Positions 8,688 to 17,887 of a stretch of 64,000 bases of DNA are shown piece after piece. The DNA comes from Balneola sp. Its GTDB lineage: Bacteria > Bacteroidota > Rhodothermia > Balneolales > Balneolaceae. The notes below the pieces were generated by a model. That model made no database searches. It saw nothing but the letters and a program-made list of their open reading frames with translations, and had not been told where the DNA came from. Every line of letters begins with the position of its first letter. Position 1 is the first letter of the stretch. Made by a program: the position numbers and the translations under genes. The stretch covers positions 13,742-77,741 of the forward strand of contig JBLWXC010000006.1 in the NCBI GenBank assembly GCA_048267645.1, in the 5' to 3' direction.

Positions 8688-10652
8688 ATGAATATTTCCA
8701 TCCGAAGATCTGTTTTAGGCGATCTAAATCTTTTGGAATCAATTGAAAAAGCTTCCTTTCCATTTTTTCAACAAAGTAGCCGAAGAACTTTAAACCTCAG
8801 CTTGAAAAGTAGCTTTCAAGAAGTGTGGTTTGCGGATATTAAAGAAGGCAAAACTACAAAATCGGTTGGGTGTTTAGTTCTACATATACACAAGAAAACG
8901 CTACGTATTTTTTCAATTGGGATTTTACCTGAGTACCAAGGCTTAGGAATTGGATTTAAACTGTTAAAACAAGCTGAAGTTATAGCGCTTTCGAAAGGAT
9001 TTGAAAGAATTTCGCTTGAAGTAGACGCCAATAATAGAACTTTAGTGCAATGGTATTTAAAAGCAGGATATCATTCTACAGAAATGATTTCCGATTATTA
9101 CAGCGAAGGCCAAGATGCACTTCGATTGGTTTTTGAGCTTCCATCAGCATTAGACAGTAATAAGCTCACAAACTTGATTGTAGTCGACCATCCCAAGCAA
9201 TGGAAGCTTGATATAGATAATGTGGTGGTGATGTCATCGGAAGATTACACCGCCAACAAAGGCAATATTGCAAGTAAAAAAGTACGAGTTTTCAATTTGT
9301 GCAATTCGTATCGCTATCAGAGTTTTGGATATTACGTGTCGTTGTTGGCTTCTGCACGCGACCAAAGAGCGATACCGAACGTAACAACCATTCGTGATTT
9401 AAAAGACGTTAATGTAATTCGTTCAATCGCGGATGATTTTGATTCGATGATTCAAAAGACACTCGCTAAGTGTATAGATGATACACTTGAATTGAACGTC
9501 TTTTTTGGTCAAACCAAGGAAGTTGTGTATCGCCAATTGGCACAAAAAATCTATCAAATGTTTGAGACACCGTTGTTTCGAGCTCATTTTGTAAAAACCA
9601 ATAAGTGGCAAATCAAGAAGATTCAACCTTTATCGCTAGATAAAATATTGCCCGAAGATTTAGGGATGATTAAAACTTTTGCCCAAACGTATTTTGAGAC
9701 CAAGCGATTTCAAAAGAGTAAGCTCAAAAACTATAAGTATTACTTGGCTATTCTTGTGAATCCAGACGAGAAAAATCCTCCATCTAATAAATTGGCATTA
9801 AAACGATTTAAAGAAGCGGCAGAAGCTTTAGATGTTTACCCAGAGTTCATCACAAAAGAAGATTACAACAAGTTGTACGAATACGATGCCTTGTTTATCC
9901 GAGAAACCACAGATGTAAACAACTACACTTACCAATTTTCTCGAAAAGCTTATGCGGAAGGTTTGGTGGTAATAGATGACCCTTGGTCTATATTGAGATG
10001 CTCGAATAAGATATTTCTGAATGAACGTCTTCGGAATAATGCGATAAACACGCCTCAGACATTGGTACTTAGCAAAGCTAGCGAGAAGGAAGGCTTGTTG
10101 GATTCGTTGAAGTATCCAATGATTTTGAAGCAACCCGATAGTGCGTTTTCGATTGGTGTTACAAAAGTGACTAGCTTAGAGGAAATGAAAGCTTCTTTGA
10201 AAGAGCTTTTTGTAAAGTCTGATTTAGTGATTGCCCAAGAATTTCTTCCTTCAGAATATGATTGGCGAATTGGGGTACTTGATAATCAGCCTTTATTTGC
10301 TTGTAAATATTTCATGGCTAAGAATCACTGGCAAATCTATAATTGGAAGGGGAAGCAACAACATCAATCAGGAGATTCATCCACTTTAGCCATAGACCAA
10401 GTTCCCACTAAAGTAATGGACACCGCTTTAAAAGCTGCAGCGTTGATGGGAGATGGACTTTATGGTGTAGATTTAAAAATGATTGGCGATAAAGTGTACG
10501 TGATTGAAGTAAACGACAACCCAAACATTGATGCCGGAATTGAAGACAAAGTACTGGGCAAGAAAATCTACGAACGTATTCTGAAATCATTGCTTACACG
10601 CATTGAGATGTCGCGTAATATTGAACGATTTGTGAGTATAGAACCGGATTAA
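8688..10652 (+). CDS. GNAT acetyltransferase - RLAN domain - RimK-like ATP-grasp ligase fusion
   Basis: RimI-like GNAT (QGLGIG, LEVDANN); RLAN (NLCNSYRYQSFGYYVSLLA); ATP-grasp (ILKQPDSAFS, QEFL, YGVDLK, EVNDNPN). Confidence 0.85.
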   Translation: MNISIRRSVLGDLNLLESIEKASFPFFQQSSRRTLNLSLKSSFQEVWFADIKEGKTTKSVGCLVLHIHKKTLRIFSIGILPEYQGLGIGFKLLKQAEVIALSKGFERISLEVDANNRTLVQWYLKAGYHSTEMISDYYSEGQDALRLVFELPSALDSNKLTNLIVVDHPKQWKLDIDNVVVMSSEDYTANKGNIASKKVRVFNLCNSYRYQSFGYYVSLLASARDQRAIPNVTTIRDLKDVNVIRSIADDFDSMIQKTLAKCIDDTLELNVFFGQTKEVVYRQLAQKIYQMFETPLFRAHFVKTNKWQIKKIQPLSLDKILPEDLGMIKTFAQTYFETKRFQKSKLKNYKYYLAILVNPDEKNPPSNKLALKRFKEAAEALDVYPEFITKEDYNKLYEYDALFIRETTDVNNYTYQFSRKAYAEGLVVIDDPWSILRCSNKIFLNERLRNNAINTPQTLVLSKASEKEGLLDSLKYPMILKQPDSAFSIGVTKVTSLEEMKASLKELFVKSDLVIAQEFLPSEYDWRIGVLDNQPLFACKYFMAKNHWQIYNWKGKQQHQSGDSSTLAIDQVPTKVMDTALKAAALMGDGLYGVDLKMIGDKVYVIEVNDNPNIDAGIEDKVLGKKIYERILKSLLTRIEMSRNIERFVSIEPD

Positions 10653-10664
10653 AAGTAAGAGTAG

Positions 10665-12527
10665 TTACTTATTTTTTACGATATACAATGGGATACGGAG
10701 TTTGCGTTGAACTTTTCCAATCGTTGTACCTTTAAATATTCTATGAAGGATTCCTTTGTTGTGAGAAGCCAAAACTAGAAGTTCTAAATCTAACTCATTA
10801 CAAATTTTAGGAACACTTTCGCCTACGTAACCAAAACCTATTTTCTTGGAAGTATTAATTCCCATTGCGCGTAGTTTTTCAACGTAATTGTCTAGGATTT
10901 TGTCATCATTCTGAACTTCAAAGTCGTATGCATCTTTACGTAAAGCACGTGCAGCACCCGATTCCACCACATGAATGAGTACAAATTCAGTCTTTTTTGT
11001 ACCAAATTTTAAAGCTCTGTTTATTGCATTTTGATCAGAGGGAGAAAAGTCTAAACAAATCCCGATTTTTTGGTAGGGTTTAGATTTTTCAAAAACCACA
11101 TCGGTGAGTTTTGTATGTGGAGTTAGAATTTCACGAACAAGTTTCTTGCTAAAGAAAGGCTCTATAATTACATAAATAAGCAAAATAAGTGCAGCAAAAA
11201 TAGGAGTAAGAATAAGGGAAACATAAAACCTGTGAATGGTTGTTGAGTTGAGCCACTCCAACATAAAATCAAAAACCAGCTTAATGTTTAGCCCTAAAAT
11301 ACCTAGAACTACAATCCATGAAACGACTTTCGTAAGTGCTTTAATTTGAAATTTGCCCATTATCTCTTTTGAAGAAACCCAATGCAGAAGTGGGATTACG
11401 GCAAAGCCCAGTTGTAAACTTAAAATTACTTGACTTAAAATGAGTAATGGGCCAGCTTCAGATTCACCAAAAATAAGAATCACAAAAAAAGCGGGTATTA
11501 CTGCTAGCAAACGAGTTATTAGCCTACGAAGCCAAGGTGCAATCCTGATATTTAGATAGCCTTCCATTATGATTTGCCCAGTTAACGTACCTGTTAATGT
11601 TGAACTTTGGCCTGAGGCAATTAAAGCCACCGCAAAAAGAATTGGAGCAAGTACGGTTCCTAAAATGGGTGCTAACATTTTGTGAGCATCCATGATGTCT
11701 TCAATTTCATAATGTCCGCTTTTATAAAAAGCTGAGGCTGCCAAAATTAGAATGGCTCCATTTACAAACAAAGCAAGATTTAACGCAATGGTGGTGTCAA
11801 TAAAATTGAAGCGAATTGTTTTGCGTTTGCCATCATCGGTTTTGGGAAATCGACGTGATTGAACCAATGATGAATGCAGGTATAAGTTGTGGGGCATTAC
11901 GGTGGCACCAATAATACCAATTGCGATGTAGAGCGCATTGCTATCTGGGATAGAAGGGAAGATTCCTTTTATCAATTCAGAGACGTCAGGTTTTGAATAA
12001 AAGAGCTCTATGGTAAAAGAAAGACCAATAATGGCAATTAAAGCAAGGATGATAGCTTCCATTACTCGCATTCCTTTCTTTATCAAAAACATGATAATGA
12101 GTGTGTCGAATAGTGACAAAACAACCCCATAAAGTAGATCTAGTCCGAAGAGTAATTTCAAACCTATAGCCATGCCTAAGATTTCAGCTAAGTCGGTTGC
12201 AGCTATGGCAATTTCCGCAAAAACCCAGAAAACGAAATTGAGTTTTTGAGGATAATAAGAGCGACTAAACTGAGCTAAATCTTTGCCCGTCACAATGCCC
12301 AACCTTGCACTGTGGTTTTGAACTAAAATGGCAGCTAAGTTTGAGGCAATTATGACCCAAAGGAGCGTGTAACCATATTTACTTCCGGCAGCTATATCGG
12401 TGGCCCAGTTACCTGGGTCCATATAGCCAACACTTACTAGATAAGCTGGTCCTAAGAAGCTTAAGACCTTTTTCCAACCTTTTTTATTCTCAGTGTTAAC
12501 TGGATGAAAATGAGTGTATTCCAACAA
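10665..12527 (-). CDS. mntH: Nramp divalent metal (Mn2+) transporter with C-terminal USP-like domain
   Basis: MDPGNW and MPHNLYLHS motifs; C-terminal USP-like domain; only a TTG start is available before an in-frame stop. Confidence 0.9.
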   Translation of the reverse strand: MLEYTHFHPVNTENKKGWKKVLSFLGPAYLVSVGYMDPGNWATDIAAGSKYGYTLLWVIIASNLAAILVQNHSARLGIVTGKDLAQFSRSYYPQKLNFVFWVFAEIAIAATDLAEILGMAIGLKLLFGLDLLYGVVLSLFDTLIIMFLIKKGMRVMEAIILALIAIIGLSFTIELFYSKPDVSELIKGIFPSIPDSNALYIAIGIIGATVMPHNLYLHSSLVQSRRFPKTDDGKRKTIRFNFIDTTIALNLALFVNGAILILAASAFYKSGHYEIEDIMDAHKMLAPILGTVLAPILFAVALIASGQSSTLTGTLTGQIIMEGYLNIRIAPWLRRLITRLLAVIPAFFVILIFGESEAGPLLILSQVILSLQLGFAVIPLLHWVSSKEIMGKFQIKALTKVVSWIVVLGILGLNIKLVFDFMLEWLNSTTIHRFYVSLILTPIFAALILLIYVIIEPFFSKKLVREILTPHTKLTDVVFEKSKPYQKIGICLDFSPSDQNAINRALKFGTKKTEFVLIHVVESGAARALRKDAYDFEVQNDDKILDNYVEKLRAMGINTSKKIGFGYVGESVPKICNELDLELLVLASHNKGILHRIFKGTTIGKVQRKLRIPLYIVKNK

Positions 12528-12561
12528 AGTAACTGGATAAATCCAGTTCCGCTAGATTAAT

Positions 12562-12580
12562 AATTAGCGTGTGCTAAATT
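12562..12580. promoter_or_regulatory. Candidate DtxR/MntR-type operator upstream of mntH
   Basis: AATTAGCGTGTGCTAAATT, a near-palindrome with a TTAG-N6-CTAA core, 35-53 nt upstream of the start. Confidence 0.45.
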
Positions 12581-12608
12581 ATTATTAAACGCACTAATAA
12601 ACTAGTAT

Positions 12609-13907
12609 TTATTTTAACTTTTCAAGAAAGTTTTTGAATGAATCAAAGTCTTTGTTCATCGCAATACTTTTCTTCTCCAAATTGGTTAACTCGATGTGTG
12701 TTGGAATCTGCATTTTCTGTGGAATTTGTTCTTCTACAGTACTAGCAAACTTAACAGGGTGAGCAGTTTCTAGAATGATTCCAGTTCCTGAGTTTGATTC
12801 CAAATAATCTTCAAGACCCAAATAAGCAACTGCACCGTGAGGATCGAGAACGTAATCGGTTTCTTCAAAAACACGAGTGATTGTAGCACGAGTTTCATCA
12901 TCTGAAAAGGAATAGCCTGTAATGGCTTCCGTCATTTGCTTGTGACTATTTCCGAATAGGTCTAGCATTCGAACAAAATTGCTTGGATCGCCTACATCCA
13001 TCGCGTTAGAAATAGTTGGTACACTTGGCTTTGCAATGTATTCACTGGTTTCTAGATACTTTGGCACGGTATCGTTTGCGTTTGAACATGCCAAGAAGTG
13101 TGCAATAGGTAAACCCATTTTCTGAGCTAGTAATCCTGCAGAGATGTTCCCATAGTTACCACTTGGAACTGCAAAAACAGCTTTTTTCTTCTGCTCTTCA
13201 CTGAGTTGAGCAAAGGCATAAAAGTAGTAGATGCTCTGAGGCAATAGCCTTGCCATATTGATAGAGTTAGCTGAAGTCAGATTTTTCTCTTTAGATAATT
13301 TCTTATCCAGAAAAGCTAGTTTTACCAGCTTCTGACAATCATCAAAAGTACCATCAATTTCCAAAGCGGTGATGTTGCCACCAAGAGTAGTCATTTGTTG
13401 CTCTTGGAAGTCGCTAATTTTGCCTGAAGGGTAGAGGATTACAACATCGATATTTGGAACGTTGTAAAATCCGTTAGCAACGGCACTTCCTGTATCACCA
13501 GAAGTAGCCACAAGAACGGTTAGTTTTTTGTCTTCAGAAGCTGAGAAATAACTTAGTGATCTTGCAAGGAATCGAGCTCCAACATCTTTGAAAGCAAGTG
13601 TTGGGCCGTGGAACAATTCCAAGGAGTACACGTCTTTTTTGATTTCCTTTAAAGGAATTTCAAATGCGAGAGTATCTTCGACAATCTTTTTTAAATCCTC
13701 AGTTGGGATTTCACCTTCGGTATATTGCTGAATTACTTCTAGTCCAATCTCTGGTAAAGTCATTTCAGAAATGCGTTCAAAAAAGCTCTCAGAAAGCTTC
13801 GGGATAGATACTGGCATAAAGAGACCGTTATCATCAGGAAGTCCTTTAAAAATGGCTTCTTTGAAGGATACAGGTGTTACTTCGCCTTTGGTGCTATAAT
13901 ATTTCAT
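12609..13907 (-). CDS. thrC: Threonine synthase
   Basis: LFHGPTLAFKD PLP-lysine motif, ATSGDTG, SANSINMARL, PSGNYGN. Confidence 0.96.
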   Translation of the reverse strand: MKYYSTKGEVTPVSFKEAIFKGLPDDNGLFMPVSIPKLSESFFERISEMTLPEIGLEVIQQYTEGEIPTEDLKKIVEDTLAFEIPLKEIKKDVYSLELFHGPTLAFKDVGARFLARSLSYFSASEDKKLTVLVATSGDTGSAVANGFYNVPNIDVVILYPSGKISDFQEQQMTTLGGNITALEIDGTFDDCQKLVKLAFLDKKLSKEKNLTSANSINMARLLPQSIYYFYAFAQLSEEQKKKAVFAVPSGNYGNISAGLLAQKMGLPIAHFLACSNANDTVPKYLETSEYIAKPSVPTISNAMDVGDPSNFVRMLDLFGNSHKQMTEAITGYSFSDDETRATITRVFEETDYVLDPHGAVAYLGLEDYLESNSGTGIILETAHPVKFASTVEEQIPQKMQIPTHIELTNLEKKSIAMNKDFDSFKNFLEKLK

Positions 13908-14836
13908 CCAATAACCTCAGTTCCTTTTGGATTAATCTTTGAAACATAAACTAAGGCTTCAATTCCTTCATCAGAATATAATTTCTTGAATGCATTGCTG
14001 ATGTTTTGAGCAGTTTCTTTGTTTTCGCTTAGTGCAAAAATAGACGGCCCCGAACCAGAAATACTGCAACCTAAAGCACCAAGATTGAGAGCTTGAGATT
14101 TAGCATCATCAAAGAAAGGAATGAGCATTGATCGAACAGGCTCAGCAACCACATCTTTAAGCGAACGGCTTATGAGGGAATAATCTCCTTTTGCTAAACC
14201 ACTTACTAGTCCGCCCACATTTCCCCATTGGGTGATGGCATCTTTGAGGCTAATCTGTCGCTTCAACATTTTTCGAGAATCTGAAGTTTTAACTTCGATT
14301 TGAGGATGAACTACGGTGCAGTACATTTCTTCAGGATAATCGAGCTGAATTACATCTAATGGATGATAATCTCTAACTAGAACAAATCCGCCCAATAAAC
14401 ATGGAGCTACGTTATCGGCATGTGCTTGGCCTGATATTGCAGCTTCGCCCTGCATTGCGAAAGGAATGAGTTCGTGCTTTGTGAAAGGCGTTCCGAGTAA
14501 CTCGTTTACTGCAAAAACTGCAGCAACTGAACTAGAACCACTTGACCCAAGTCCACTTCCTGGTTTAACTTTTTTTGTAAGTTCGAAATCAAATCCAAAC
14601 GAAGGTTTATCTTCTAAAGCATCTAATAGTGCTTGTGCAGCGATAGTAGCAACATTCTTGTCAGCTTCCATCGGTAAACCTTCAGCACCATGAATTGCCG
14701 AAATTGTAAGTTTTCCGCTATCGTTTTTAGTGGCAATTATTTCATCGCCAATTTCATTGAGGGCAAAGCCCATAATATCGAAGCCACAAGCCACATTTGA
14801 TACTGTGGCAGGGGCAAATACTTTTATTTTTTCCAT
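13904..14836 (-). CDS. thrB: Homoserine kinase
   Basis: APATVSNVACGFD, GHMP PGSGLGSSG, HADNVAP, ISGSGPS. Confidence 0.96.
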   Translation of the reverse strand: MEKIKVFAPATVSNVACGFDIMGFALNEIGDEIIATKNDSGKLTISAIHGAEGLPMEADKNVATIAAQALLDALEDKPSFGFDFELTKKVKPGSGLGSSGSSSVAAVFAVNELLGTPFTKHELIPFAMQGEAAISGQAHADNVAPCLLGGFVLVRDYHPLDVIQLDYPEEMYCTVVHPQIEVKTSDSRKMLKRQISLKDAITQWGNVGGLVSGLAKGDYSLISRSLKDVVAEPVRSMLIPFFDDAKSQALNLGALGCSISGSGPSIFALSENKETAQNISNAFKKLYSDEGIEALVYVSKINPKGTEVIG

Positions 14837-14844
14837 AGTTAATT

Positions 14845-17295
14845 TTATGCTGAAGCTATTCTCATTACGTCTGCAAATATTCCCGAAGCGGTTACATCAG
14901 CGCCTGCTCCAGCGCCTTTTACTACTAAAGGTTGTTCAGGATATCGATCAGTATAGTACAGAACGATATTGTCTTTGCCTTGAAGCTCGTAGAAGGGATG
15001 TTCAAAACTAAAGGATTCTAAACCAGCTCTTGCTTTGCCTTGGTCGAAAGTAGCAACGTATTTAATGCGTTTGTTTTGCGAAGCTGCTTCACTATACATT
15101 TTTTGGAATACTTCGTCGAACTCATCGAGCTTTGCTAAAAAGGCTTCAACGCTGTCAGCTTCCATACATTCTTTTGGTACGAAAGGGGTTCCATCAATAT
15201 CAGAAAGTTCCATTTTGTATCCACTTTCGCGAGCAAGAATTAGAATTTTACGCATTACATCAACGCCGCTTAAATCGATACGTGGGTCGGGCTCAGTAAA
15301 TCCTGCTTCTTGTGCCGCTCGTACAACATCGCTGAATTTTTGTGTTCCATCGTAATTATTGAAGATGAAATTGAGCGTTCCAGACAATACTGCTTGGATT
15401 TTGTGGACACGGTCACCGCTTTTAATTAAATCATTCAACGTATTGATGACAGGAAGACCAGCACCTACGTTTGTTTCGAAAAGAAAACGCGATTTATAAC
15501 GCTTCGCTTTTTGGATTAAGTTCTCGTAATTCTCTTGTGAGGATGAACACGCAATTTTATTTGGTGTTACAATGGAGATACTTTCCGTTAAAATTTGCTC
15601 GTAGAAAGGAGGGATGGCATCGCTTGCAGTACAATCAATAAAGACTGTATTTCTCAAGTTAAGCTCTTTCATCTGCTCAATAAATCCTTCCAAAGTCATG
15701 GCTAGGTTTGAGTTATCAAGTTCTTCTTGCCAAGAATCTAGTTGAATCCCTTCTTCATTGAAAAGCATTTTTCGAGAGTTTGAAAGGCCAGCTACAATCA
15801 AATCTAAATGATGATGTTCGGCTAAATACTCTTGTTGTGCTTTAACTTGATTTAGAAATACCCGTCCGACATTACCAGATCCAACCATGAAGAGGTTAAT
15901 TTTCTTTAAGTCAGATAAGAAGAAACTTTCGTGAATACTATTAAGACCTTTTTTAAGGTTCTTTTTGTCGATTACTACTGAAATATTCAACTCAGTAGAA
16001 CCCTGAGCGATAGCGCGAACATTCACACCATTATAACTTAGTGTCTCGAATAATTTGGCACTAATACCAACTTGACGCTTCATTCTAGAACCGACAAGTG
16101 CTACAATAGAAAGGTTAGTTTCTACATGAAGCGGATTCACTTTTCTATGTTCAATTTCGTAAGAAAACTCATCTTCAATAGCTTGTTTAGCATTTTCAAC
16201 ATCGGCTAGAGAGATAGCTACTGTAATTGTATGTTCTGAAGAAGCCTGTGTAATCATTATTACGTTCACTTCTTTCTGGCTAAGCGCTCTAAATAAACGA
16301 TAAGAGAAATTAGGAACGGCAATCATTCCACTTCCTGAAAGCGTACAAAGAGCTACTTCATCAATGCTTGAAATACCTTTTACGATTACTGATGAATCGA
16401 TATCGTTATTTGAAATGGTAGTTCCAGCGTCGTTAGGGGCAAAGGTGTTCTTTACGTAAATCGGAATTTCTTTATCCAACGCAGGTTGAATAGTAGGAGG
16501 ATAAATAACTTTTGCGCCGAAGTGTGAAAGCTCCATTGCTTCTTCGTAAGTAATAGTCTCAATAGGACGCGCTAAAGGCACTAAACGTGGATTTGCGGTC
16601 ATCATTCCACTTACATCTGTCCATATCTCTAAACCATCGGCTTGGAGTGCTGATGCAATAAGGGCGGCAGTGTAATCGGAACCGCCTCTGCCTAATGTAG
16701 TTGTGTAATTTCCTTTTTTAGATGAGGCTACAAATCCAGCAGATATGGAAACTCGTCCCGCACTTTTGGCTGCTTCAACAATATTAGAATAGGTGAGTTT
16801 TTTGTCTACCGTTGCATTACCAAATTGGTCATCAGTTTTAATAAGAGCATGTGTATCCAAATAAGAAACATCCAGCCCTTCACTTTTTAAGTAGTTATGA
16901 ATGATGGTTGAAGAAAGAATTTCACCATAACTTAAAATATGATCTGATGAGCGTAGAGAGAGTTCTTTAATGAGAAATACACCTCTAAAAATATCTTCTA
17001 GGTCGTTAAGTAGAATTTTAACCTTCGTTAAGGTGCCGTTTCTTTTAGCTACTGGTAACAAAGCATTACAAAGCGATATGTGGCGAAGTTCTATTTCACT
17101 AAAAATAGATTCATACTCAGCATTTCCAGCCTCAGCAGCTTTAGCACAGTCAATTAACTTATTTGTAACACCGCCTAAGGCAGAAACAACTACCGAAAGT
17201 TGGGATGACTTGGATTTTTCAAAAAGTATGTCGCGAACTTTTTTTAGACTTTCAGCTGTGGCAACAGATGTGCCCCCGAATTTAAGAACAATCAT
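14845..17295 (-). CDS. thrA: Bifunctional aspartokinase/homoserine dehydrogenase I
   Basis: VLKFGGTS, LGRGGSD, two ACT domains, GSGNVG, ETNVGAGLP, GAGAGADVTA. Confidence 0.97.
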   Translation of the reverse strand: MIVLKFGGTSVATAESLKKVRDILFEKSKSSQLSVVVSALGGVTNKLIDCAKAAEAGNAEYESIFSEIELRHISLCNALLPVAKRNGTLTKVKILLNDLEDIFRGVFLIKELSLRSSDHILSYGEILSSTIIHNYLKSEGLDVSYLDTHALIKTDDQFGNATVDKKLTYSNIVEAAKSAGRVSISAGFVASSKKGNYTTTLGRGGSDYTAALIASALQADGLEIWTDVSGMMTANPRLVPLARPIETITYEEAMELSHFGAKVIYPPTIQPALDKEIPIYVKNTFAPNDAGTTISNNDIDSSVIVKGISSIDEVALCTLSGSGMIAVPNFSYRLFRALSQKEVNVIMITQASSEHTITVAISLADVENAKQAIEDEFSYEIEHRKVNPLHVETNLSIVALVGSRMKRQVGISAKLFETLSYNGVNVRAIAQGSTELNISVVIDKKNLKKGLNSIHESFFLSDLKKINLFMVGSGNVGRVFLNQVKAQQEYLAEHHHLDLIVAGLSNSRKMLFNEEGIQLDSWQEELDNSNLAMTLEGFIEQMKELNLRNTVFIDCTASDAIPPFYEQILTESISIVTPNKIACSSSQENYENLIQKAKRYKSRFLFETNVGAGLPVINTLNDLIKSGDRVHKIQAVLSGTLNFIFNNYDGTQKFSDVVRAAQEAGFTEPDPRIDLSGVDVMRKILILARESGYKMELSDIDGTPFVPKECMEADSVEAFLAKLDEFDEVFQKMYSEAASQNKRIKYVATFDQGKARAGLESFSFEHPFYELQGKDNIVLYYTDRYPEQPLVVKGAGAGADVTASGIFADVMRIASA

Positions 17296-17367
17296 TTATA
17301 AAGAGAGTGAGTTTGGAATTTGATGTAAACCTAATATTGGGATAACCCCACGTTGTGATATGTTCAT
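17296..17367 (-). other. Possible second uORF (23 aa) whose stop abuts the thrA start codon
   Basis: ATG at 17367, MNISQRGVIPILGLHQIPNSLSL*, TAA-ATG junction in frame with thrA; may be chance. Confidence 0.3.
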
Positions 17368-17376
17368 AGATACCCC

Positions 17377-17475
17377 CTAAGGGGTAATTGTGGTAATTGT
17401 AATAATAATCCCTGAAATACTCGTAATAGGAGTATTTGTATAAGAAAGGGTGATATGTTTTTGGTTTACTTTCAT
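17377..17475 (-). CDS. thrL: thr operon leader peptide (32 aa), not in the ORF track
   Basis: Hand translation MKVNQKHITLSYTNTPITSISGIIITITTITP* (8 Thr, 8 Ile), directly upstream of thrA; the stop codon lies in the loop of a TACCCC/GGGGTA hairpin. Confidence 0.85.
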   Translation of the reverse strand: MKVNQKHITLSYTNTPITSISGIIITITTITP

Positions 17476-17623
17476 CAACTCTAGTCTATTCCTTTTCACA
17501 AATAAAGTAAACCCCAAAAACTATCTTTTTTATTAAACCTTAATATGTAGTTGATATACTATTCTTTAGGCTTTGATGGAAGCGTTTTTTCTGAACAACA
17601 AATTTCTGATTTAACTCACATAT

Positions 17624-17659
17624 CTGAGAGTATGCAATAATTTAGATTCATACTCTCAG
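17624..17659. promoter_or_regulatory. 11-bp inverted repeat in the divergent intergenic region
   Basis: CTGAGAGTATG-N14-CATACTCTCAG; function unknown. Confidence 0.35.
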
Positions 17660-17887
17660 TTGTAAATCTATGCTAGTAAGGGGTAAAGGGTAAGAATAAT
17701 CTATAATGAAGTATAGTAGTATGCTATTAAAATTATACAAGTAACATAATGTTTTAGGTTTATTCATTTAGATATTTTTAACGCTAGCTCTAATAATTCT
17801 AATCAATTTAACGAATTTCATTTCTTCATTGCTTGTACTTTAATTTCTGAAAAGAAGGACGCTGAAATTTACTACAGGCAAACTTGT

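Noticed and set aside
16970-17323. 117-aa minus-strand ORF overlapping the thrA start as a possible leader peptide
   Set aside because: It is an out-of-frame overlap with thrA with no Thr/Ile enrichment; the real leader is at 17377-17475.
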